Origin: a virus
Lineage: Duplodnaviria > Caudoviricetes
Length of the DNA: 60,129 nt
Virus record (IMG/VR): IMGVR_UViG_3300012346_000165
Location: 1 to 60,129 of that record
Reading direction: 5' to 3' (one strand)
The translations under genes and the position numbers were made by a program. Shown piece by piece: positions 7,917 through 18,023 of the stretch; the first letter of the stretch is position 1; each line of letters starts with the position of its first letter. The notes under the pieces were generated by a model. It had not been told where the DNA came from. It made no database searches and saw only the letters and a list, made by a program, of their open reading frames with translations.

Positions 7917-10900
7917 ATGACTGCCCAATCTAACTTGTACGTTGAAAAAGTTCTTTCAGAGCACCCACTCGCAATTTGGTTGCTTGGGGACAAGCTAGAC
8001 TATATCTCCTACCTTACCGAGGCAAATCGGTATATTGAAACAGGATCTCAATGGGCCCTTACAAACTGTACAGCTACTGCAGATACATACGATAGCTCAA
8101 CACCATTTAAGGATAGCCATGTATCAAGGATATCTGGATCTGTTCCTTCACTAACTCCAATTGACTTAACTCTAAAAAGTATATTTACAATTGACCCTAC
8201 AAGCTTTGATACTAACCTAGCAACATTTTCACTAGGATTTTATGTATATATCGATAGCATTTATGTTTCCAACATTAGTTTTGGATACACATATTATGAT
8301 GACGTTGCATTAATCAATAAAGAAATTTTAATTGATAAAGCAGTGTCAGCATCAGATTTTGGTACCTGGGTATTTTGTACTTCAACGTATGAGATTCCAA
8401 TAGAAAGTGCCACTAACGTAAAGCTACTTATTAAGGCTACTCTAGAGGTAGGCGGTGGCGCATCAGACTATGACCTACTCACCAATGGCCTATCTCTTGG
8501 TCAATGGTCAGAAGAATTTAACAAGTCGTCTCTAGGAGTCTCAGTTTCTTCAATACCAACAGACATTGCTCTTTCTAATACTTTTAAATGTGTAGAGGCA
8601 GTTCCTTACGGATTGTTTGGGAAGAGTGCCTACTATCTGGCAAGTAATTCAGAGTTGTATGCAAAAAACTTTGGAATCCCACTTGTATATGGTTCCTCAA
8701 ATGTAACAAAAATTTATCCACATATTTTTGGTGGAGTTTATGGACCATCCCCATCAGTAATTTTTCCAGGTAACGGATTCTTGAATGAACGTGGAAAGCA
8801 TAATGAATATACAGCAGAAATGTGGATTAGTATTAACACAGATGCTGAAAACCCAATTAAGATATTTGGCCCAATAGCTAGTGCAGACGGCATCTATGTT
8901 GAAAATGGATTTTTAACTTTAGTAGTTGGAAAGAAGTATGGATCACACTTTGTTGGTGAGTGGTTTAGGCCAATGCTGATTCATGTTAGATATTCAGATG
9001 AAACAGCATCTTTATATCTCAACGGTGAGGAAGTTGTAAAGTTTAAGGTTGACGAAGCTGATATCGCTTTCCCTTCAGAATTTGATGAGACTGGTCGCAG
9101 TCAGGATTGGTTGGCTTTTTATGCAAATGAAAACATTCATCCAATTAGTCTTGACTCGTTTGTAATTTACTCATATGCAATTCCAATTGAAGTTGCTAAG
9201 CGCAGGTGGGTATGGGGTCAGGGAGTTACACCGCCTGAAATCACTAACTCCTCAATAAATGCAACAACAGCTTTTAATGACTATGCCTATAGCGACTATG
9301 CAGTTAACTATAACTATCCAGACTACGCTGACTGGAAGCAGGCCTTCTTCTCAAATATGAACACTTCCCTAAAGCATTTATCTTTGCCAAACTATAAGTT
9401 GCCAAATTTTGTTTTAGGGGATTTTTCAACTGATCAATTTTATGAGGCAATGTTTCCAGTGCAAGAAGAAGGAGACAATTTATTTACATTCAGACCAGAC
9501 CCTACTTGGGATGATCAGGTCTGCTATTTTGACTTTGAGTCTTTAGATGTTTTAAATGAGAGAGTTGTTTCATTTTTTGGTGTATTTAAAACTTTAGAGA
9601 CAGCATCTCCAGAAACACTAGTAAAGATAACTCATAAATATTCAAATGACTTCTTTATAATTTATTTAGATGGAACAGATTTAATTTATCAACTAAATAT
9701 TGATGGAAATACTAAGACATACACATTCCCGATTAACGAGGATGAGCAGTTTGCTGTAGGAGTTAATATTGAGTTGTTTTCACAGATTGATTTAGACGGA
9801 GCAGATAGATTTTTTTCCAACCCGTCGTCATTGGCTGTTAGAGTCGGTGGAGATGGATCATCAACGTTTGCTGGAAAGATTTATAACTTTGGTTTTAATG
9901 CAGGGTATAACGATAGAGCGCTACAAGCACTAGGAGCATACTATGACTCTGGAATAATGAATCCAGCAGACGGTATGCCAGATGTGCTTTTATCTAGAAG
10001 AGCTAACTACAGATACTTTGTTGGAAACTATACACTTATCCCAGTTATGAAATATAGTTTATTTTTTGCAGATATTGCAGCTTCTGGATATTGGCAAGAC
10101 TATATGCCATTATCATATTTTGCAAAGTATGTAAAGGATGCCGAAGGAAATGATGTTTATGGATTAGATAGCCTGCAGATTAACTTTGACTTCCCAAGTC
10201 CATTGCAGACTGTTCAAGAATCTGTTCCAGTTGGTTTGACTTATGGAACCCTTCAGTCTAACATGTCTGTGCCAGATCAAAAAGATTATGAATACTTATC
10301 TAATAATATATATACTGGATGGGACACATATGCAGATTTAGGCACCTCGTTTAAACTATATTATTATGACACAACAAATAACCTTATTAGATCATATATA
10401 TCCTTTCAGTATTTGTCAGACGGAGCAAATAAAACTTTGATTGATTTTGACTATCTATTTAGACCAGAATCTCAGGGAGTTGTAAGGTCAGACTACTTTG
10501 TAAATCTTTTTCAATCATTAGGTATAGATGTTCAAGATATTGCTCATGAAATTATTGATGGTTCTATTGCGGAGATTCCAACAATCAACACAAAAGGAAA
10601 GCCAGTTGATTTTAATGACTTAGCAGTTGTCTATCATGTTGAGTTTAAGTCTGAGGGAATCTTGCATCACCCATTTAAATTTAGAAAATTACAGACTGCA
10701 TCTCAGGCATTTAATAGAAATAATTTTACAGAAATTGGAACAAAGTTTGGTCAGCCTGTATACCCATATGTTAAGCGTGGAATATATTATGACTTTGAGT
10801 CATCTAATCCGATTGCAACATATAAGGGAAGCACTCCACATCTTTACTTAAGCAGACACACTGGCTGGAGACTTCGTGGATTCTTTGAGCAAGAATATGA

Positions 10901-11576
10901 TCGTGGCTTAGCCATGCCAATCAATAGGTCTAAGGCAGAAGATGTAAGTATCAGCGGTATCCAAATGTGGATTAGATATTCAGAGTATGCCCTTCCAGAA
11001 TCACCTCTTCCAATATTTTCAGTAGAGCATAAAGATGGAAAGTACTCATTCTACCTAGTTGAAGATGAAAGCCAGCAGAGAGCAATGATAGTTGGTAGAG
11101 ATGATGCCACTGGTCTTGAGCTTACAGATGTTTCGTATTCGATTAATGGCAAGTCGGTTGGAATTCCATACATTTTATATGAAGACTGGTCTGTAATCCA
11201 TGTTTCTTTTGATAACCTTCTAGACTTTAACTTGTTTAGTGGTCAGATTAACCTCAATGGACCTCTTACCTACAATAACATTTCTTACTTCACCCTTGGA
11301 AGTTTGCAGCAAGAGCAGATTTATGTTTATAATCCATGGCTTGAAGCTATCAATATAGGAACTTGGGATGATGTAGATGGTCAAACATGGGAAAGCCTAT
11401 ACGTAAAGCAATCAACAAAAGCCATAACTAGTAGTCCAGCAGAAGTATACGATAGATATGTAGGCGCAGATCGCATCATCGTTGATGATAATATTGACGG
11501 TATTTTAGTTGATCCAGAGAAGCTACGCATACTAAATGGCGTAAACTGGACAACATCCACAATAACTCCAGTATAA
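7917..11576 (+). CDS. Large beta-rich virion/minor tail protein, possibly with LamG-like domains
   Basis: 1219 aa; YTAEMW..., EWFRPMLIHV..SLYLNGEEV LamG-like strands; N-terminal Y..KVLSEHPLAIW motif. Confidence 0.55.
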   Translation: MTAQSNLYVEKVLSEHPLAIWLLGDKLDYISYLTEANRYIETGSQWALTNCTATADTYDSSTPFKDSHVSRISGSVPSLTPIDLTLKSIFTIDPTSFDTNLATFSLGFYVYIDSIYVSNISFGYTYYDDVALINKEILIDKAVSASDFGTWVFCTSTYEIPIESATNVKLLIKATLEVGGGASDYDLLTNGLSLGQWSEEFNKSSLGVSVSSIPTDIALSNTFKCVEAVPYGLFGKSAYYLASNSELYAKNFGIPLVYGSSNVTKIYPHIFGGVYGPSPSVIFPGNGFLNERGKHNEYTAEMWISINTDAENPIKIFGPIASADGIYVENGFLTLVVGKKYGSHFVGEWFRPMLIHVRYSDETASLYLNGEEVVKFKVDEADIAFPSEFDETGRSQDWLAFYANENIHPISLDSFVIYSYAIPIEVAKRRWVWGQGVTPPEITNSSINATTAFNDYAYSDYAVNYNYPDYADWKQAFFSNMNTSLKHLSLPNYKLPNFVLGDFSTDQFYEAMFPVQEEGDNLFTFRPDPTWDDQVCYFDFESLDVLNERVVSFFGVFKTLETASPETLVKITHKYSNDFFIIYLDGTDLIYQLNIDGNTKTYTFPINEDEQFAVGVNIELFSQIDLDGADRFFSNPSSLAVRVGGDGSSTFAGKIYNFGFNAGYNDRALQALGAYYDSGIMNPADGMPDVLLSRRANYRYFVGNYTLIPVMKYSLFFADIAASGYWQDYMPLSYFAKYVKDAEGNDVYGLDSLQINFDFPSPLQTVQESVPVGLTYGTLQSNMSVPDQKDYEYLSNNIYTGWDTYADLGTSFKLYYYDTTNNLIRSYISFQYLSDGANKTLIDFDYLFRPESQGVVRSDYFVNLFQSLGIDVQDIAHEIIDGSIAEIPTINTKGKPVDFNDLAVVYHVEFKSEGILHHPFKFRKLQTASQAFNRNNFTEIGTKFGQPVYPYVKRGIYYDFESSNPIATYKGSTPHLYLSRHTGWRLRGFFEQEYDRGLAMPINRSKAEDVSISGIQMWIRYSEYALPESPLPIFSVEHKDGKYSFYLVEDESQQRAMIVGRDDATGLELTDVSYSINGKSVGIPYILYEDWSVIHVSFDNLLDFNLFSGQINLNGPLTYNNISYFTLGSLQQEQIYVYNPWLEAINIGTWDDVDGQTWESLYVKQSTKAITSSPAEVYDRYVGADRIIVDDNIDGILVDPEKLRILNGVNWTTSTITPV

Positions 11577-11578
11577 TC

Positions 11579-11587
11579 TGGTATACT
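11579..11587 (+). promoter_or_regulatory. Extended -10 promoter, leaderless
   Basis: TGGTATACT 7 nt before ATG 11595. Confidence 0.65.
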
Positions 11588-11594
11588 TATGGAT

Positions 11595-11990
11595 ATGAAT
11601 CCGTTAATTAATAGAAAAACTGGTAAGCCTATTGTAGGCAATGTCCGTAAAAAGGTTATTGAGAAGAACTATGACTGGGGACTTTACGTATACAAGAAGT
11701 CAAATGGTCGATGGTTTACAGACGGAGAAGGCAGTGTGCTCAATATCCCATCTATGCGTGGAGATATTTCAAAGATTTCAGAGCTTAAAACTGCAGCGGT
11801 ACACTACGGGGATCCAGGAGATGGAGAAGCAGTATTTGTACCAGGATTAACAAGAATTACAGAAGAAGAGCATTCAGAGCAACTTGATCGTATGAAGTCT
11901 GGTCTTATCCCATCTATGAATGACCTAGGTGCTTGGCATGCTGCACAAACTACATTAGATACTTATGGAAAGGGTGCTTTCGATGAGTGA
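11595..11990 (+). CDS. Conserved hypothetical protein upstream of portal
   Basis: ORF overlapping the portal start; start revised from promoter spacing. Confidence 0.65.
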   Translation: MNPLINRKTGKPIVGNVRKKVIEKNYDWGLYVYKKSNGRWFTDGEGSVLNIPSMRGDISKISELKTAAVHYGDPGDGEAVFVPGLTRITEEEHSEQLDRMKSGLIPSMNDLGAWHAAQTTLDTYGKGAFDE

Positions 11991-13584
11991 GGACTTCGGG
12001 AATATCCAGGCTAGACTTGGAACAGAAATAATTGATACGGATCTGTTTAAAGATAAAGATCCATTTATTAAGAGCTGGGATGGATTAAAAGATCTTTCTG
12101 GCATTGACACAAACTTTCGTCGTAGAACATCAAGAAATGTTTCTAAGGCTCTAGTTCCAACAGAGGCATACCTAGACTCTGCAAATGCAACTCCATCAGG
12201 ACAAGATGCTGGATCTAAAGCAATTAATCCAGGAACTGTCTATCAAAATGGATACGGATTATTTGATGTAATCACACCGCCATACAATCTTTATGAGCTT
12301 GCTAATTTTTATGACACTTCGTTTGCTAACCATGCAGCTATTGATGCCAAGGTGGAAAACGTCGTTGGCCTTGGATATCGATTTGATGTTACAGACAGAA
12401 CAATGTTAAGTCTTGAGTCAAACGATAATCCAGATGCAGTAAAGAAGGCTCGTAAAAGAATTGAAAGAATGAAGATCGAGCTGCGTGATTGGCTAGAGTC
12501 TTTAAATGATGATGACTCATTCCAGAGAACAATGGAAAAGCTTTATACAGATATTCAGGCTACAGGAAATGGCTACCTAGAAATCGGAAGAACCGTAACT
12601 GGAGAGATCGGATATGTTGGACATATTCCAGCCACAACAATTCGTGTAAGAAGACTTCGTGATGGATTTATTCAGATCGTTGGAAATAAGCTAGTTTACT
12701 TCAGAAACTTCGGGGCAAAGAATCCAAACCCAGTTACTGATGATCAGCGTCCTAATGAGATTATTCACTACAAGGAATACTCACCCTTAAACACATACTA
12801 CGGAATTCCAGACATTGTTGCAGCAATGCCATCTCTCATTGGAGATCAGCTTGCTTCTCAATATAACATTGACTACTTCCAGAACAAGGCTGTTCCAAGA
12901 TATGTTATCACTCTCAAGGGTGGAAAGATGTCCGCAGATGCAGAAGATAAGATGTTTAGATTCTTGCAGACTGGTCTTAAGGGTCAGTCCCATAGAACTC
13001 TTTACTTACCACTTCCTCCAGACAGAGAAGATAGCAAGGTTGAGTTTAAGATGCAGGCAATCGAAAACGGTATTCAGGAAGGTTCTTTCAGAGAGTACCG
13101 TAAGCAAAACCGTGATGATATTCTTATTGCTCATCAGGTTCCAATCTCAAAGCTTGGCGGATCAGAGTCAAGTGCAATTGCCTCAGCCCTTTCAGCAGAC
13201 AGAACATTTAAAGAGCAGGTTTCTCGTCCAGCTCAAGGGCACTTAGAGAAGGTAGTTAACAAGATTGTTCGTGAAAAGACAGATATTCTTCTTCTTAAGT
13301 TTAATGAACTTACATTAACAGATGAAGTAACTCAGTCTCAGATTCTTGAAAGATACGTTAAGACACAGATCATGCTTCCAAATGAAGCTAGAGAAATGCT
13401 TGACCTTCCACAAGTTGAACACGGAGATACACCTCTAGAGCTAACTGCACGTGCAGCAGCAGATACAAGAGCAGACTTGGCTGGCAACAGACAAAGAGAT
13501 ACAGAGAGATCAAATAATCAATCTGATGGAACTGCAACAGTCTCTGGTCGTAATGCAAAAGGCGAAGGCCGTTCTTCTCAATAA
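11983..13584 (+). CDS. Portal protein
   Basis: TGNGYLEI.R, HIPA.TIR, NEIIH.K.Y.P...YGIP, YFQN.AVP, NEAREMLDLP motifs; position before protease and capsid. Confidence 0.9.
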   Translation: MSEDFGNIQARLGTEIIDTDLFKDKDPFIKSWDGLKDLSGIDTNFRRRTSRNVSKALVPTEAYLDSANATPSGQDAGSKAINPGTVYQNGYGLFDVITPPYNLYELANFYDTSFANHAAIDAKVENVVGLGYRFDVTDRTMLSLESNDNPDAVKKARKRIERMKIELRDWLESLNDDDSFQRTMEKLYTDIQATGNGYLEIGRTVTGEIGYVGHIPATTIRVRRLRDGFIQIVGNKLVYFRNFGAKNPNPVTDDQRPNEIIHYKEYSPLNTYYGIPDIVAAMPSLIGDQLASQYNIDYFQNKAVPRYVITLKGGKMSADAEDKMFRFLQTGLKGQSHRTLYLPLPPDREDSKVEFKMQAIENGIQEGSFREYRKQNRDDILIAHQVPISKLGGSESSAIASALSADRTFKEQVSRPAQGHLEKVVNKIVREKTDILLLKFNELTLTDEVTQSQILERYVKTQIMLPNEAREMLDLPQVEHGDTPLELTARAAADTRADLAGNRQRDTERSNNQSDGTATVSGRNAKGEGRSSQ

Positions 13585-13606
13585 TTGAGAAAACGTACAA
13601 AAGGTT

Positions 13607-13615
13607 TGGTATAAT
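13607..13615 (+). promoter_or_regulatory. Extended -10 promoter, near-leaderless
   Basis: TGGTATAAT 9 nt before ATG 13625. Confidence 0.6.
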
Positions 13616-13624
13616 TGGATTGGT

Positions 13625-14959
13625 ATGAATATCAATAAAGCGCATTGGGTTACAGAAGGTCAGAACGTCCGTTTATCTATGCCAATTGGCAAGGTCGATG
13701 TAGAGCGTAGAACTGTTTCTGGTTTTGCTACATTAGACAACGTAGACAAGCAAGGAGACATTGTTTCTACAGAAGCAAGTCTTGAAGCTTTCAAAAACTT
13801 CCGTGGCAACCTAAGAGAAATGCATATGCCTTCAGCTGTTGGCAAGATTGTTTCATTCAAAGAAGATCGTTACTTCGATCCAAATACAAAAAAGTTTTAT
13901 AGCGGAGTTTATGTCTCTGCTTACGTTTCAAAGGGTGCACAGGATGCATGGGAGAAGGTCCTAGACGGCACATACGCTGGCTTCTCAATTGGTGGAAATA
14001 TCAAGAAGTATGATGACATCATTAGCGAAGATAGCGACAAGACAATTAGACTTATTAAAGAATATGACCTATACGAGCTATCTTTGGTAGATAATCCAGC
14101 AAACCAGTTTGCTAATATCATTTCAATTGAAAAGGTTGATGGCCACGATGAAGTTGGCGGGTATCTATCAAAGGCTGAGATCGATAATGTTTATTGGTGC
14201 AATACTGATGACATTGTTCAAATTTCAGACAGCGCTTCTGCAGAATGTCCTTCATGTTCAAAGACAATGATTAATACAGGGTTTGTTGAAAGAAACGATA
14301 ATAACAATGCAGAAACAATAAAATTCTTAGTTGACAGTGCTAAAGGCATTAACACAATTAAGATGGAAAAGGAGGAAAGTCCTATGACAGATAATACAGA
14401 AGTCGTTGCAGATGCTCCAGTAGCAGAAGTAACACCAGAAGTAGAAAATGTAGAGGTCGCTCCAGAGGCACAACCAGAAGCAGTAGCAGAAGTAACAGAA
14501 ACCCCAGTAACTGAGGAAGAAGTACCTGCTCCAGCAGAAGAGAGTGCTGAATCCACTTCATTAGAAGAGGAAGCAAAGCAAGAAGAGACTGAAGTCGCAA
14601 AATCAGAAACAGCAATCGTCGATGCTGTTGCAGACATCAAGAATACTCTTGCAAATGCCTTTGGCGATCTAGCAGCTACAATCAAGTCAATTGATGCAGC
14701 TGTTGTTGAGTTAAGCAAGTCTCTTTCCTCTGTAACAAACGATGTAGCAGTAGTAACCGAACAAGTTACAACTGTTGCAAAGGACGTTGCAGGAGTTCAG
14801 GGCAGCTTTAACGAATTTGGTAAGCGAGTTGATAAGGTTGAGGCAGAAACCGCTTTCCGCAAGTCTGGCGATCTAGGCGAGATCGTACAGGAACCAGTAA
14901 TGGTTCAAAAATCCCTATGGGGCGGCAGTTTCCTCGCACAAGCCGACCTATATAAGTAA
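13625..14959 (+). CDS. HK97-type prohead protease fused to an acidic/coiled-coil scaffold
   Basis: VSGFAT...DKQGDIV, EMH, GFSIGG, ELSLVDNPAN; acidic and coiled-coil C-terminal half. Confidence 0.88.
   Translation: MNINKAHWVTEGQNVRLSMPIGKVDVERRTVSGFATLDNVDKQGDIVSTEASLEAFKNFRGNLREMHMPSAVGKIVSFKEDRYFDPNTKKFYSGVYVSAYVSKGAQDAWEKVLDGTYAGFSIGGNIKKYDDIISEDSDKTIRLIKEYDLYELSLVDNPANQFANIISIEKVDGHDEVGGYLSKAEIDNVYWCNTDDIVQISDSASAECPSCSKTMINTGFVERNDNNNAETIKFLVDSAKGINTIKMEKEESPMTDNTEVVADAPVAEVTPEVENVEVAPEAQPEAVAEVTETPVTEEEVPAPAEESAESTSLEEEAKQEETEVAKSETAIVDAVADIKNTLANAFGDLAATIKSIDAAVVELSKSLSSVTNDVAVVTEQVTTVAKDVAGVQGSFNEFGKRVDKVEAETAFRKSGDLGEIVQEPVMVQKSLWGGSFLAQADLYK
14384..14959 (+). CDS. Probable nested in-frame scaffolding protein
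   Basis: AAGGAGG SD at 14369-14375, 8 nt before in-frame ATG 14384 (MTDNTEVV...). Confidence 0.65.
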   Translation: MTDNTEVVADAPVAEVTPEVENVEVAPEAQPEAVAEVTETPVTEEEVPAPAEESAESTSLEEEAKQEETEVAKSETAIVDAVADIKNTLANAFGDLAATIKSIDAAVVELSKSLSSVTNDVAVVTEQVTTVAKDVAGVQGSFNEFGKRVDKVEAETAFRKSGDLGEIVQEPVMVQKSLWGGSFLAQADLYK

Positions 14960-14984
14960 CAAAATCACTAGGAGGTGAAAAAAT

Positions 14985-16133
14985 ATGTCAGAAAATACAG
15001 ATATCGTAAAGAACTATCCAGGATCAGGAGTTGTAACAACAAATTATCCTAATGGAGAAGGTTCTATTGCATCAGGTGCAATTGGTGGAGCTACAGCAAC
15101 AGGTCCAGATGGTTCTCTAACACCAGCAGCAAGCCTTGGAAACATCGCTACTGCTAATTTTGGAGTAACAACAGGAGCTAACGCAGTTAATCCTTCAGGA
15201 ACACCAGGTGGTATTCTTGCTCCAGAGCAAGCTCGTCGCTTCATCGACTACGTGTGGGACGCAACAGTTCTCGCCAAGGATGGTCGTAGAGTAACAATGA
15301 GAGCAAACACCATGGAACTTGAGAAAGTTAACGTTGGTGAGCGTGTAATTCGTGCAGCAGCTCAGGCTGATGCGACATTTACAAACGCAGGTGCTACATT
15401 CACGAAGGTTGAACTTACAACAAAGAAGATTCGTCTCGATTGGGAAGTTTCAACTGAGTCTCTTGAAGACAATATTGAAGGAGGTGCACTTGAAGACCAT
15501 CTCGTTCGTCTTATGACAAACGCATTCGGTAACGATCTCGAAGATCTCGCTATCAATGGTGATGGACTCACAGGTAACTTCCTCTCAATCATGGAAGGTT
15601 TCGTAAGCAAGGTCACAACAGGAACAGACGCACATGAGGCTGTCGTTACTGTTACAGACAATGCTTGGACACCAGAGGTAATGCAGGCAATTATTCTTGC
15701 AATGCCACGTAAGTACCGTGCAATCAAGAACAACCTAAAGTTCTATGCTGGTACAGATGCATTCCAGGGAATCGTTAAGAATAACGGTACTCTTGCAGAT
15801 GCTGTTGCTGAAGCACTTACAGGACAAATTCCTGGAAGCACTCAGACAAACCGTCAGAACTATCTCGATGGTAACGGACAGACATTCGGTGGAGCACGTA
15901 CAACTCGTGTCCTCGGTGTAGATGTTCAGGAAGTTCCATACTACCCTGCAGGATATGTCGACTTGACATTCCCACAGAACCGTGTATGGGGATTCCAGCG
16001 TGACATCACTGTCAACCGTCAGTATCACCCAAAGAAGGATACAATCGAATACACAGTATTCGTTCGTTTCGGAGTTCAATGGGAAGAGCTTGACGCAGTT
16101 GCTTATGCAGATGCAAACGCACTTGATTCATAA
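14985..16133 (+). CDS. Major capsid protein (HK97 fold)
   Basis: GGILAPEQARRFID, LTTKKIRLDWEVSTESLEDNIEG, DLAINGD; AGGAGGT SD; terminator follows. Confidence 0.92.
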   Translation: MSENTDIVKNYPGSGVVTTNYPNGEGSIASGAIGGATATGPDGSLTPAASLGNIATANFGVTTGANAVNPSGTPGGILAPEQARRFIDYVWDATVLAKDGRRVTMRANTMELEKVNVGERVIRAAAQADATFTNAGATFTKVELTTKKIRLDWEVSTESLEDNIEGGALEDHLVRLMTNAFGNDLEDLAINGDGLTGNFLSIMEGFVSKVTTGTDAHEAVVTVTDNAWTPEVMQAIILAMPRKYRAIKNNLKFYAGTDAFQGIVKNNGTLADAVAEALTGQIPGSTQTNRQNYLDGNGQTFGGARTTRVLGVDVQEVPYYPAGYVDLTFPQNRVWGFQRDITVNRQYHPKKDTIEYTVFVRFGVQWEELDAVAYADANALDS

Positions 16134-16149
16134 TTGAATCTATAACTTT

Positions 16150-16180
16150 GGGGAGTGGGATAAAACCTGCTCCCCTTTGT
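16150..16180 (+). terminator. Intrinsic terminator after capsid gene
   Basis: GGGGAGTGGG-ATAAAA-CCTGCTCCCC-TTTGT. Confidence 0.8.
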
Positions 16181-16186
16181 TATATC

Positions 16187-16195
16187 TGCTATAAT
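16187..16195 (+). promoter_or_regulatory. Extended -10 promoter
   Basis: TGCTATAAT, then AAGGAG SD and ATG 16214. Confidence 0.6.
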
Positions 16196-16213
16196 ATACT
16201 AAAGGAGTGTGCC

Positions 16214-16591
16214 ATGGAAAACACTAGCAATGAATTTAATAAACTCGACTCTGTAGAAGAAGTCGTAGAAGCACCAGCAGAAGCCGTAGAAGCCCCAGTA
16301 GAGGCACTACCAGTAGCTGACGAACCAGAAGTATTAGAAAAAATTGAGACAGTTGAAAAAGCTGATATCCCTTTAGTAAAAGAGCCTAAGCCAAAGAAAA
16401 AAGAAGAAAAGGTTGAGGCTCCTAAAGAAGTTGCTGTCTATTCAGAAAGAAATTTGTACAAGTATGAGCTTGGAGAATTATCGAAGGGATATAGCATCCT
16501 TCCGTCTGCAAAGGCAGATAAATGGGTAGCATCAACTAAAAAAGTTAGAATTGCTACACCAGAGGAAGTTGCTAGATACTATAACGCATAA
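16214..16591 (+). CDS. Hypothetical head-associated protein (start revised)
   Basis: Acidic Pro/Glu-rich N-terminus, C-terminal RIATPEEVA; AAGGAG SD. Confidence 0.65.
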   Translation: MENTSNEFNKLDSVEEVVEAPAEAVEAPVEALPVADEPEVLEKIETVEKADIPLVKEPKPKKKEEKVEAPKEVAVYSERNLYKYELGELSKGYSILPSAKADKWVASTKKVRIATPEEVARYYNA

Positions 16592-17577
16592 TGATTGTTA
16601 CTAGAAAGCCACCATATCCATCATTTGTAACGTATACTGTTCCTGGTCCAGCAGCATATGCAGTGGTCATTGAAGACTTAAAAGATAATGTTTTATCTGA
16701 GACATATATTCAGCTGGTAGTTGGAAACAGCCTAGAGTTTCCTTTACCATTGGAATTATCAAAATATGATGAAACTTACTCTTTGTCAATTTACTCTTTC
16801 GGAAGCTACAACCTTGATGATGGCATTCCACCTTACGAGTATGATGACATTGTAATCGAAGACAATTTAACTATTGAAAGAACATATGTTGATCCTGCTA
16901 CACTAGGAACTACTGCATCAGAGATTGCACAATATGCACAATATGAACAACTTGCAAGAGCAATTATTGATGCACATACTGGAGGATTCTACTTTCAGGC
17001 AAAATATGTAGAAGAGGTTGGTCAAGGTACAGACTACTTCCCACTTTGGAATAAAACATATAAGATTCTTAAGGCATATGAAAATGGAGAATTAGTTTAT
17101 GACTCTTCTCTTGAGACTCCAGCTTTGGGTGATTGGAATTATCTTATTACAAAAGATAAGACAGCAATCACTAAAGATCCAGTAACAGAGATGGGTGCTT
17201 TTAATAGATCAGAGCAAAAGCCACCAAAGTTCCCATTAGCTGCTTCAGATTCTATCTCATTATACGAGACAGATGACAGTGGCAATGTATTTACTATTCA
17301 GCCAGGAACACTCTTTCCAGAAGGCGTAGACTACATCTTCAAATTAGAGCAGGGATATAAAGTTGTTCCTGTAGATATTCAAGATGCAACACTAATGCTT
17401 ATTGAGGATATCAAGTGTGGCAAGCTAGACTACTACAAGAGATACGTTACATCTTATAGCACAGACCAGTTTAGACTTCAATTTGATAAAGCAATGTTTA
17501 ATGGCACTGGAAACATTCTTGTAGATAAGATCCTTGATAAATACATAACAGACTATAAGCGTCCAGGAGTATTATGA
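16591..17577 (+). CDS. Putative head-tail adaptor
   Basis: ARAIIDAHTG..F, GYKVVPVDIQDA, TGN..VD.IL..Y motifs; position. Confidence 0.7.
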   Translation: MIVTRKPPYPSFVTYTVPGPAAYAVVIEDLKDNVLSETYIQLVVGNSLEFPLPLELSKYDETYSLSIYSFGSYNLDDGIPPYEYDDIVIEDNLTIERTYVDPATLGTTASEIAQYAQYEQLARAIIDAHTGGFYFQAKYVEEVGQGTDYFPLWNKTYKILKAYENGELVYDSSLETPALGDWNYLITKDKTAITKDPVTEMGAFNRSEQKPPKFPLAASDSISLYETDDSGNVFTIQPGTLFPEGVDYIFKLEQGYKVVPVDIQDATLMLIEDIKCGKLDYYKRYVTSYSTDQFRLQFDKAMFNGTGNILVDKILDKYITDYKRPGVL

Positions 17578-18023
17578 TTAATTGTGAGGTAGCAGATTTT
17601 ATCTACCCGCTTTATGCAGATGTTTATTATCCTATAATCTCTCAGGGTGCTTATGGAGAAATCAAGAAGTCTTGGGTATTTGATAGAACTGTTGTTTGCA
17701 ATGCAGCAATCCCTAGTGGTGGCGGTAAAGAAGAAATCAAGCCAGAAGTATTCTTACAGTATGAGAATAAGCTTGTTGCACGAACAAAGTCAGACTTGAG
17801 AATTTCATCTAACGAGGCAGCTGGGGCAGTAACAAACATCTTGATCACAAACATTAGAAGTGCTCATGGAGAACTAATTTATAAAGAAACTGCTGGAGCT
17901 AGAGCTGGCAAGGGTACTATTTATGAAGTAGCAACTCTTGAGCCATTCCTTGGTCCTTTCAATAACATTGAATATTACAAAATGTTATGGAGAAGAACCG
18001 AAAACCAAGCAGTAGGTGACTAA
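17574..18023 (+). CDS. Putative head closure (stopper) protein
   Basis: Size, synteny, QGAYGE..K.W pattern. Confidence 0.55.
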   Translation: MINCEVADFIYPLYADVYYPIISQGAYGEIKKSWVFDRTVVCNAAIPSGGGKEEIKPEVFLQYENKLVARTKSDLRISSNEAAGAVTNILITNIRSAHGELIYKETAGARAGKGTIYEVATLEPFLGPFNNIEYYKMLWRRTENQAVGD

